Part shown: positions 9,187 to 17,233 of the stretch, in pieces
Position numbering within the stretch: the first letter of the stretch is position 1
Layout: every line of letters begins with the position of its first letter
Origin: Candidatus Kapaibacterium sp.
Lineage (GTDB): Bacteria > Bacteroidota > Ignavibacteria > Kapaibacteriales > UBA2268
DNA length: 64,000 nt
Assembly: GCA_963665665.1 (NCBI GenBank)
Contig: OY762428.1
Coordinates: 2,944,001-3,008,000, forward strand
Reading direction: 5' to 3'
Position numbers and translations under genes: made by a program
Notes under the pieces: model-generated
Told to the model about the DNA's origin: nothing
What the model saw: only the letters and a program-made list of their open reading frames with translations
Database searches by the model: none

Positions 9187-9657
9187 ATGAAGATCCAAAA
9201 AATTTATAAGGCATCAGATGAATATAAAAAGAAGCGATATAATGTAAAACACTTCTACGAGGACGAGAATAATCTCAAATATGTTTCTGTTGATCCGGAT
9301 GAAAAGCAAAGGGCAATCAGGGAACATAATGAGATCAGAGATATCTTTGCCCTTGAACATCTTTTAGTCGCAATTCTCGACGATGACCTGCCCGAACTGG
9401 ATTATAAGAAAAATGACCAAATACTTATAACCGACAGTCTCCCGCTAAAAAATTCTTGCTGTGTAGTGATATCATATGACGAAAATTATTATTTTGCAAA
9501 ATATAATGAAGGTTCGGACAAGGAAAATTTTACGCTAAAACCCTACTCGGATGAGTTCCCGGAATTCACCGGGCAAGATAAAGAAGAATATGATATAATT
9601 GGCATGGTAGTTCTGCACGAACGAGGTGTGGAAGAGGAATATTCGATAACTGTTTGA
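9187..9657 (+). CDS. Degenerate S24/UmuD-fold protein
   Basis: MKIQKIYKA start resembles UmuD-like proteins; C-terminal LKPYSDEFP...IIGMVV resembles S24; GDSM replaced by DDDL. Confidence 0.5.
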   Translation: MKIQKIYKASDEYKKKRYNVKHFYEDENNLKYVSVDPDEKQRAIREHNEIRDIFALEHLLVAILDDDLPELDYKKNDQILITDSLPLKNSCCVVISYDENYYFAKYNEGSDKENFTLKPYSDEFPEFTGQDKEEYDIIGMVVLHERGVEEEYSITV

Positions 9658-9671
9658 AATTAGGATTTTTT

Positions 9672-11639
9672 ATGGATTATAATATTCACAATTCGATAGT
9701 AAATTTTATTTGGGGAATAGCTGATGATGTCCTCAGAGATGTTTATGTGCGTGGCAAATATAGGGATGTAATTCTGCCAATGACAGTAATTCGACGTCTT
9801 GATGCTCTTCTGGAACCAACAAAGGAAGCAGTTCTGGGAATGAAAAAACAGCTTGATAAGGCCGGTATTGCAAATCAGGAAGCTGCTCTTTGTCAGGCAT
9901 CTGGAGAAGCTTTTTTCAATAGTTCTCCATTTACTCTTAGGGACTTGAAAAACAGGGCTAAGGTTCAGCAACTCAAGACTGATTTTGAAGAGTATTTAGA
10001 TGGGTATTCTCCAAATGTACAGGAAATATTAGATAAATTTAAATTCCGCAATCAAATTCAAACTCTTGTTGAAGCTGATATTCTTGGAGCTCTAATTGAG
10101 AAGTTCCTGAATCCTGCAATTAATCTAAGTCCAAAACCTGTCTTTGATTCTGATGGGAATGAGAAATTACCCGCTTTGGATAACCATAGTATGGGAACAG
10201 TATTTGAGGAACTTATCCGCAGGTTTAACGAAGAAAACAATGAAGAGGCCGGAGAACATTTTACTCCACGTGATATAGTCAAATTAATGGCAGATATTAT
10301 ATTCCTGCCTATTGCCGACAAAATTGAGTCTGGAACCTACCTTGTTTATGATGGCGCTTGTGGCACAGGCGGAATGCTAACTGTCGCTGAGGAACGTTTA
10401 AAGGAACTGGCAGATAAAGCCGGGAAAAAAGTTTCAATACATTTATATGGTCAGGAAGTACAACCGGAAACTTATGCCATTGCCAAAGCAGACCTTTTAT
10501 TGAAAGGCGAAGGTACAGAAGCAAATAACATTAAATATGGGTCAACTTTATCAGCAGATAGTTTTATTTCCAGGCAATTCGATTTCATGCTTTCTAATCC
10601 TCCATACGGGAAAAGCTGGAAAACAGATTTAGACAGAATGGGCGGAAAAAAGGACATGAAGGATCCCAGGTTTATACTTGAATATGCTGATGATCCTGAT
10701 TTTAAAATGATTACTCGTTCAAGTGACGGGCAATTAATGTTCCTGGTGAATAAACTCATGAAAATGAAAGCTGATAGTAAGCTTGGTAGCAGGATAGCCC
10801 AGGTACATAACGGTTCTTCTCTTTTTACGGGGGATGCTGGACAGGGAGAAAGTAATATTCGCCGATGGATTATTGAAAATGATTGGCTGGAGGCGATAAT
10901 TGCTCTTCCAGAGAATATTTTCTATAACACCGGTATTGCAACATATATTTGGGTAATTACAAACAGGAAGCCTGATTTTCGCAGAGGAAAGGTGCAATTG
11001 ATCGATGCTACAGGATGGTATCAACAATTGCGAAAGAATATGGGGAAAAAGAACTGTGAATTAAATGAAGAACATATCGAACAGATTTGCAGCTTGATTC
11101 TGAATCCTGAACAAACAGAACAATCTAAAATCTTTCCTAATGAAGCGTTCGGTTATTATAAAGTATCTGTATTCAGGCCATTGAGAATTAAAAATGCCGA
11201 TCCGGAAAAGGTTTATTCAGCGAAAGAAGTAAAAGACTTTAAAGGCAATAATGAAATTTCCGAAGAAGGCGTTCCTTTAATTAAAAAGATACATAAAAAA
11301 GGAACAAAAGCAAACCCGATTTACGGGCTTTTCCCCAAAGTAATAAAAGGTAAGGAAAGTGTAGTAGAATATCATCAGGACACAAACCTGAACGACACCG
11401 AGCAAATTCCTTTGCTTGAGGAAGGAGGCATTGACGCCTTCTTTAAGAGGGAAGTTTTGCCATATACACCTGATGCTTGGATAGACGAGACAAGTATAAA
11501 AGTCGGATATGAAGTATCTTTTACAAAACACTTTTACAAGTCGGCTCCAATGAGGACACTGGATGAAATTAAAGCCGATATTTTTGCCCTTGAAGCGGAA
11601 ACCGACGGCCTCCTCGAAGAAATTATTGGTGAAGGATGA
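9672..11639 (+). CDS. hsdM: Type I restriction-modification methyltransferase subunit M
   Basis: AGEHFTPR, DGACGTGGM (SAM binding), SNPPY, FYNTGIATY. Confidence 0.95.
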   Translation: MDYNIHNSIVNFIWGIADDVLRDVYVRGKYRDVILPMTVIRRLDALLEPTKEAVLGMKKQLDKAGIANQEAALCQASGEAFFNSSPFTLRDLKNRAKVQQLKTDFEEYLDGYSPNVQEILDKFKFRNQIQTLVEADILGALIEKFLNPAINLSPKPVFDSDGNEKLPALDNHSMGTVFEELIRRFNEENNEEAGEHFTPRDIVKLMADIIFLPIADKIESGTYLVYDGACGTGGMLTVAEERLKELADKAGKKVSIHLYGQEVQPETYAIAKADLLLKGEGTEANNIKYGSTLSADSFISRQFDFMLSNPPYGKSWKTDLDRMGGKKDMKDPRFILEYADDPDFKMITRSSDGQLMFLVNKLMKMKADSKLGSRIAQVHNGSSLFTGDAGQGESNIRRWIIENDWLEAIIALPENIFYNTGIATYIWVITNRKPDFRRGKVQLIDATGWYQQLRKNMGKKNCELNEEHIEQICSLILNPEQTEQSKIFPNEAFGYYKVSVFRPLRIKNADPEKVYSAKEVKDFKGNNEISEEGVPLIKKIHKKGTKANPIYGLFPKVIKGKESVVEYHQDTNLNDTEQIPLLEEGGIDAFFKREVLPYTPDAWIDETSIKVGYEVSFTKHFYKSAPMRTLDEIKADIFALEAETDGLLEEIIGEG

Positions 11640-11643
11640 TGAA

Positions 11644-12447
11644 ATGAGCACTATTTTAGAATTGTTTAAAGAAGGTGAAATTGAGTCGCTCGCAAAAGTT
11701 CTTGGAGAATGCGGTTCAGGTTCGGATATCACACGTGTGCTTCAAGACCGTGGTATAATCGATAATTCAGGACAATCGACAAAATGGAGAAGATTGTACC
11801 ATACTTTTTTAGATATTCAAAAACAATACAAGAGCCCTAATCAAATCCTTGATTTTGTTATTGCTTTTCTGAATCCTGCTCGATTCATAGATCGAAGAGA
11901 TGAATTTGAGATGCATAGAAATAATCTCAATTCGATCTTATATTTTAAAGGATTAGAATTTGGAAAGGACGGCAAATTCAGAAAGGTTGACCCGGTAGCT
12001 ACGATTGATGAAGCAGAGAAAAGAGTCAATACAATCAGAACTAAATTTCAAGGCAGACCTATACATTCCGAAGTTCAAAAATATTGCCAAAAAGAGCTTA
12101 TGCAGGATAACTATTTCCATGCCGTGTTTGAAGCTTCAAAAGGTCTTGCTCAACGTGTCAGAGAGTTATCCGGTATTGATGGAGATGGAGCCATGTTAAT
12201 TGATAAGGTTTTCTCTGTTGAACGGCCAATATTGGCTCTGAATACATTGCGGACTGAAACTGAGAAATCAGAACATAAAGGATTTGCAGCTTTACTCAAG
12301 GGATGTTTTGCGGCAATAAGAAACCCTCTTGCTCATGAGCCTAAGATTTTATGGCAGGGAGAGGATGATGCTGCAGATTACCTAACATTGATTTCCCTTC
12401 TCCATCGAAAACTTGATAATTGTGTCAAAACTGGAATTGGAATATAG
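11644..12447 (+). CDS. TIGR02391 (Ymh, HEPN-like) protein with AbiJ-NTD-like N-terminus
   Basis: TKWRRL N-domain; NYFHAVFEASK, RNPLAH (Rx4H), DAADYLTLISLLHRKLD. Confidence 0.85.
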   Translation: MSTILELFKEGEIESLAKVLGECGSGSDITRVLQDRGIIDNSGQSTKWRRLYHTFLDIQKQYKSPNQILDFVIAFLNPARFIDRRDEFEMHRNNLNSILYFKGLEFGKDGKFRKVDPVATIDEAEKRVNTIRTKFQGRPIHSEVQKYCQKELMQDNYFHAVFEASKGLAQRVRELSGIDGDGAMLIDKVFSVERPILALNTLRTETEKSEHKGFAALLKGCFAAIRNPLAHEPKILWQGEDDAADYLTLISLLHRKLDNCVKTGIGI

Positions 12448-12498
12448 AATTGAATAAATTTTTAAATATTGTTACGATAAAGTCTGTGAGGTATTAAA

Positions 12499-13647
12499 AT
12501 GAGCACAGCTTATATCAATACTGATGTCCTAATTTGGGCAAGAAATAGAGCCGGATTATCGGAAGATGATTTGGTTCAGAGTATCAATAAGAAATACATT
12601 GAATGGGAAGAAGGTTTAACAAAACCTACTTTTAAACAGGCTCAGGCTATTGCTAAGAAGCTTCGAATTCCATTTGGGTATTTATATTTATCGAAACCGC
12701 CCGCTGAATCAAAACTTACTGTTGATCTTAGAACTTTTGGAGATTCGATAAGCCGGGAATTTAGCATAGATTTAAAAGATGTAATTGCCGACGCAATCCG
12801 AAAACAAGATTGGTACAGAGAATATATAAAAGAGGTAACTGATGAGCCATTAGAATTTGTAGGAAAATTCAATAGCTCTTCTAAAATAAAAGATGTCGCA
12901 GTTGATATTAGTAAAACTTTAAAATTACATTTAGATGATAGGAATCAATTCTCTAAAGATGAGTTTTTAAGATATTTAACAGAACATGCAGAAGAAGCCG
13001 GAATACTTGTCATAAGAAATGGAAAGGTTGGGTCTAATACTCATCGCACCTTAAATGTTGATGAGTTCAGGGGATTTGCCTTAACTGATCCTTATGCCCC
13101 TCTAATTTTCATTAATTCTGCTGATTTTACAGCCGCCCAAATATTTACCTTTGTACATGAACTTGCACATATCTGGATAGGTTATGATGGTGTGTCGAAT
13201 TATAGTATTAACGATGATTTTCTACATTCTGACACTGAAAGCCTTTGTAATCAAATAGCTGCGGAAGTACTGGTTCCTGATGAGGATTTCAAACGTGAAT
13301 GGCAGCATATATCCGGAGATGTACAAGTACGTTCGGAGAACCTGACTCGTATTTTTAAAGTTAGCTCGGTTGTTATCGCAAGACGTGCTTTGGATTTGGG
13401 ATATATCCAAAAAGAGGAATTCTTTAATTATTATGGAATATTACAGAAACTCTGGTCAAAGTCTAAATCAAAAAGTTCCAGTGGAAATTTCCACAACAGT
13501 TTTCCCATCGCAAATAGTAAATCGTTTACTAATGCCGTCTGCAAAGAAATATTTTCCGGGAATCTGTTAATGCGTAATGGCGCCAGGATGCTTGGGGTAA
13601 AACCTGAAACAATCGTAAAATATGCTAAACAGGGAGGTTTGATTTGA
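12499..13647 (+). CDS. XRE HTH + ImmA/IrrE zinc metallopeptidase
   Basis: LIWARNRAGLS...WEEG..KPTFKQ HTH; FRGFAL; FTFVHELAHIW (HExxH); E..CNQIAAE. Confidence 0.9.
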   Translation: MSTAYINTDVLIWARNRAGLSEDDLVQSINKKYIEWEEGLTKPTFKQAQAIAKKLRIPFGYLYLSKPPAESKLTVDLRTFGDSISREFSIDLKDVIADAIRKQDWYREYIKEVTDEPLEFVGKFNSSSKIKDVAVDISKTLKLHLDDRNQFSKDEFLRYLTEHAEEAGILVIRNGKVGSNTHRTLNVDEFRGFALTDPYAPLIFINSADFTAAQIFTFVHELAHIWIGYDGVSNYSINDDFLHSDTESLCNQIAAEVLVPDEDFKREWQHISGDVQVRSENLTRIFKVSSVVIARRALDLGYIQKEEFFNYYGILQKLWSKSKSKSSSGNFHNSFPIANSKSFTNAVCKEIFSGNLLMRNGARMLGVKPETIVKYAKQGGLI

Positions 13648-14129
13648 AATACCTCCTTGATGCTAATGTCTTTATTCAGGCTCATAGATTTTATTATCCG
13701 ATGGATGTTTTTCCAATTTTTTGGGATTGGCTGAAAAGAGAAAACGAAAAGGAATCCATTTTTTCTCTTGATATGATATTTGATGAACTTAAAATAGGGG
13801 AAGATGGCTTGGCTGATTGGTGCAACAAATTAAATAGGGATAATTGGTTCCTATCTTCTGAAGATGAAATTACTCAAAATAACTTAAGTACAATCGCTGA
13901 CTGGGTATTAATGCAGGACTATAAAGAAACAGCAAAAGCTGAATTTTTAAGCGTTGCTGATCCATGGCTGATTGCCAAGGCGAAAACAGATAATATGACA
14001 GTTGTTACCCAGGAGAAATCTGATCCCAATAGCAAAAGAAAAATATTTATACCGGATGTGTGTATGGCATTTGATGTTAATTTCATCAACACAGTTGATT
14101 TGCTCCGTACATTAGGAGGGAAATTCTAA
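13644..14129 (+). CDS. DUF4411 PIN-like protein (toxin partner of the IrrE-type antitoxin, RosmerTA-like)
   Basis: YLLDANVFIQA..YY, FWDWL, ADPWLIA, VVTQE, IPDVC; TTGA overlap with the upstream gene. Confidence 0.85.
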   Translation: MKYLLDANVFIQAHRFYYPMDVFPIFWDWLKRENEKESIFSLDMIFDELKIGEDGLADWCNKLNRDNWFLSSEDEITQNNLSTIADWVLMQDYKETAKAEFLSVADPWLIAKAKTDNMTVVTQEKSDPNSKRKIFIPDVCMAFDVNFINTVDLLRTLGGKF

Positions 14130-15535
14130 TGAAACCATACCCCAAATATAAAAACTCTAATATCCCCTGGCTCGGAGATGTCCCGGAGCATTGGGAAGTA
14201 AATCCAGGTCTATCATTATTCAGAGAAAATAAAAATAAAAATATCGGTTTAATAGAAAAACAAGTATTATCATTAAGCTATGGTAAGATTGTAATAAAAC
14301 CTCAAGAAAAACTTCATGGCCTAGTGCCAGAATCTTTTGAGTCATACCAAATAGTTGAACCAGGTGATATAATTATAAGATCAACTGATCTACAAAATGA
14401 CAAAGTAAGTTTAAGAACTGGGTTAGTAAAAAACAAAGGAATAATCACATCTGCATATATTTGTTTGTGTTCATACTTAACCAGTAATTACAAATTTATT
14501 AGTTGGCTATTACATGGTCTTGATTTAATGAAAGTATTTTATGGTTTGGGTTCTGGTCTTCGTCAAAACTTATCATGGAGAGATTTTAAAAGGTTACTCC
14601 TACCGGTCCCACCCCTGCCCGAACAGCAGCAGATAGCCCGCTACCTCGACTGGAAAACGGCAAAGATAAATAAGTTCATCAGGAACAAGAAAAAGCTGGT
14701 CGGGCTGCTGAAGGAGCAGAAGCAGGCAATTATAAACGACGCCGTTACAGGCAGGATCGACGTTGCCACCGGCAAACCCTACCCTGAATACAAGCCCAGC
14801 GGCATTGACTGGCTGGGAGATATTCCGAAGGATTGGAATTGTACAAATTTATCAAAATATGTAGAAATCAAAGATGGGACACATGATACTCCACCTTATA
14901 TAAATAAAACGAAAAACAGTTTTCCTCTTATAACATCAAAATTTTTCTATAATGGCTTTATCGATTTTGATAAAGCGCCACATATTTCATTAGAATGGCA
15001 TGAGCTAATATATTCTCGATCCAATACTCAATCTGGTGATATATTGATGTCAATGATTGGAGGAAATATAGGTAGTTGTATATATGTGGATACTTCAAGG
15101 ATGTTTTCAATTAAGAATGTTGCTCTTTTCAAAACGTCAAATTCAAAAAAATTAAATGGATATTACTTGTTGCATCTTCTTAAAAGTTCAATAGTAACAA
15201 TTCAAATAGCAAATAATCAAACTGGAGGCGGACAACCTTTTATAGGATTAGGGAATATAAGAAAATTATTCTGTACATTTCCAAACCTTTCCACCCAAAA
15301 GCAAATCGTCTCCTACATAGAAAAAGAGACTTTTTTAATAGACCAGACCATAGAAAAAGCAAAAAAAGAAATAGAGCTGATACAGGAATACCGCACACGC
15401 CTTATTTCCAACGCCGTAACCGGGCAGATAGACGTGCGGGATATAGCCGTCCCGGACTTCGAAGAAGTAGAAGCCGAGCCGGAAGAAGAAATTGAAGAAA
15501 ATGAAGAAGAACTCATAGAGGAGTCCGAGGAATGA
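14129..15535 (+). CDS. hsdS: Type I R-M specificity subunit S
   Basis: Two KPYP.YK.S.I.WLGD.P..W repeats, PPLPEQQQIA, two TRDs, AVTGQID. Confidence 0.95.
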   Translation: MKPYPKYKNSNIPWLGDVPEHWEVNPGLSLFRENKNKNIGLIEKQVLSLSYGKIVIKPQEKLHGLVPESFESYQIVEPGDIIIRSTDLQNDKVSLRTGLVKNKGIITSAYICLCSYLTSNYKFISWLLHGLDLMKVFYGLGSGLRQNLSWRDFKRLLLPVPPLPEQQQIARYLDWKTAKINKFIRNKKKLVGLLKEQKQAIINDAVTGRIDVATGKPYPEYKPSGIDWLGDIPKDWNCTNLSKYVEIKDGTHDTPPYINKTKNSFPLITSKFFYNGFIDFDKAPHISLEWHELIYSRSNTQSGDILMSMIGGNIGSCIYVDTSRMFSIKNVALFKTSNSKKLNGYYLLHLLKSSIVTIQIANNQTGGGQPFIGLGNIRKLFCTFPNLSTQKQIVSYIEKETFLIDQTIEKAKKEIELIQEYRTRLISNAVTGQIDVRDIAVPDFEEVEAEPEEEIEENEEELIEESEE

Positions 15536-16995
15536 TGGATGAAAAGTATATAATAGACCTGATTAAGGAATTAATTAAATATCCAAAAGAAACAGAATGG
15601 ATAGAATTTAAGCACAATAATTCAGATCCTCAGGAAATTGGCGAGTATATTTCCTCATTATCAAACTCTGCAGCTCTGAATGGCAAAGCTAATGCCTATT
15701 TACTATGGGGAATAAGAGACGAGGATCATGAAATTTTGGGTACTGGATTCATTCCTTCTCAAATTAAAATTGGTAATGAGGAACTCGAGAACTGGTTACT
15801 TAGATTATTGTCCCCAAAAATTGACTTCAGTTTTTATCAGGTACAATTTAATAATAAAGATGTAGTATTATTAGAAATAAAACCTGCTTACCGCCATCCG
15901 GTTCAATTTCAGGGGACCGAATACATTCGCATAGGGTCTTACAAGAAAAAACTAAAAGATTTTCCCGAAAAAGAAAGAGAATTGTGGCGGGTTTTTGATA
16001 AAACACCTTTTGAATCATTATTTGCCAAAGAAAATGTAGTTTCCCAAGAAGTATTACGATTACTTAATTATTCATCATACTTCGAATTAATGAATAAACC
16101 TGTACCGGATGGTAATCAAGCTATCCTTGAAGCTCTGAAAAATGATGATTTGATATTGAAAAATGAAACAGGGAACTATAATATTAATAATTTAGGAGCC
16201 ATTTTATTTGCAAATAACTTCAATGAGTTCAAATTCTTAAAAAGAAAATCAATTCGTGTGATCCATTATAAGGGTAATAATCGATTAGAAACATTAAAAG
16301 AACAAGTAGGTGTAAAAGGGTATGCTTCGGGATTTGAAGGATTAATTGAATTTTTACTTGCATTAGTTCCCAGTAATGAACTTATCGGAAAGGCTTTAAG
16401 AAAAGACCTCCCAATGTTTCCTGCTATAGCCATTAGGGAACTTGTTGCAAATGCATTAATACATCAGGATTTCTTTCAAACAGGAACCGGGCCTACTATC
16501 GAAATCTTTTCTAACAGAATGGAAATTACAAATCCTGGTACCCCACTTGTAAAAACAGAAAGATTTCTGGACAGTCCGCCAAAATCAAGAAACGAATATA
16601 TAGCGTCATTGATGAGACGAGTCGGCGTTTGTGAAGAAAGAGGCAGCGGTATTGATAAAGCAGTCTTTGAAACTGAAATTTACCAGTTGCCTGCGCCAAT
16701 TTTCGAAGCAACCGAAGAACATACTCGAGTTGTATTATTTGCATATAAGAATTTTTGGGACATGGATAGTGAAGAGAAAAATTGGGCATGCTACCTTCAT
16801 TCCTGCCTAAAATTTGTACAAAGAGAATATATGACCAATGCTACATTAAGGAACAGATTTGGAGTAGAAGAAAAAAACAGTGCTGCTATCTCAAGGGTAA
16901 TAAGAGATACTCTTGAAAAAGGTCTAATAATAAAATACGACGAATCTTCCGGTCGCAAATTTGTAAAATATATCCCATGGTGGGCAAGGCAGTGA
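15532..16995 (+). CDS. AlbA_2 (Schlafen-like) + HATPase_c_4 + wHTH protein
   Basis: ETEWIEFK...SSLSNS N-domain; AIRELVANALIHQD, RMEITNPG, SRN, EERGSGI; C-terminal HTH. Confidence 0.85.
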   Translation: MMDEKYIIDLIKELIKYPKETEWIEFKHNNSDPQEIGEYISSLSNSAALNGKANAYLLWGIRDEDHEILGTGFIPSQIKIGNEELENWLLRLLSPKIDFSFYQVQFNNKDVVLLEIKPAYRHPVQFQGTEYIRIGSYKKKLKDFPEKERELWRVFDKTPFESLFAKENVVSQEVLRLLNYSSYFELMNKPVPDGNQAILEALKNDDLILKNETGNYNINNLGAILFANNFNEFKFLKRKSIRVIHYKGNNRLETLKEQVGVKGYASGFEGLIEFLLALVPSNELIGKALRKDLPMFPAIAIRELVANALIHQDFFQTGTGPTIEIFSNRMEITNPGTPLVKTERFLDSPPKSRNEYIASLMRRVGVCEERGSGIDKAVFETEIYQLPAPIFEATEEHTRVVLFAYKNFWDMDSEEKNWACYLHSCLKFVQREYMTNATLRNRFGVEEKNSAAISRVIRDTLEKGLIIKYDESSGRKFVKYIPWWARQ

Positions 16996-16997
16996 TT

Positions 16998-17211
16998 TTA
17001 TTTGATTGCAACCGGAATAATGGATGCAAATTCCGTCTAATTCGTTCAATATCAATCGGTTGCTTATTTGATGGTTATTTGACAGATTTTTTAAGAAATA
17101 ATTTGATGATTCTATGATACAATCTTATTTGATAGAAATCATAGCTCAAATTGTGAAATACATGTAACTTTATTATGTTGCAAGAACTTGCTTATTTGAT
17201 GTTTATTTGCA
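16998..17211. repeat. Cluster of TTATTTGAT direct repeats
   Basis: Copies at 16998, 17064, 17075, 17099 (variant), 17125, 17192 and 17203 (variant). Confidence 0.75.
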
Positions 17212-17233
17212 ATAAAAATTATTAAGAAAATAT

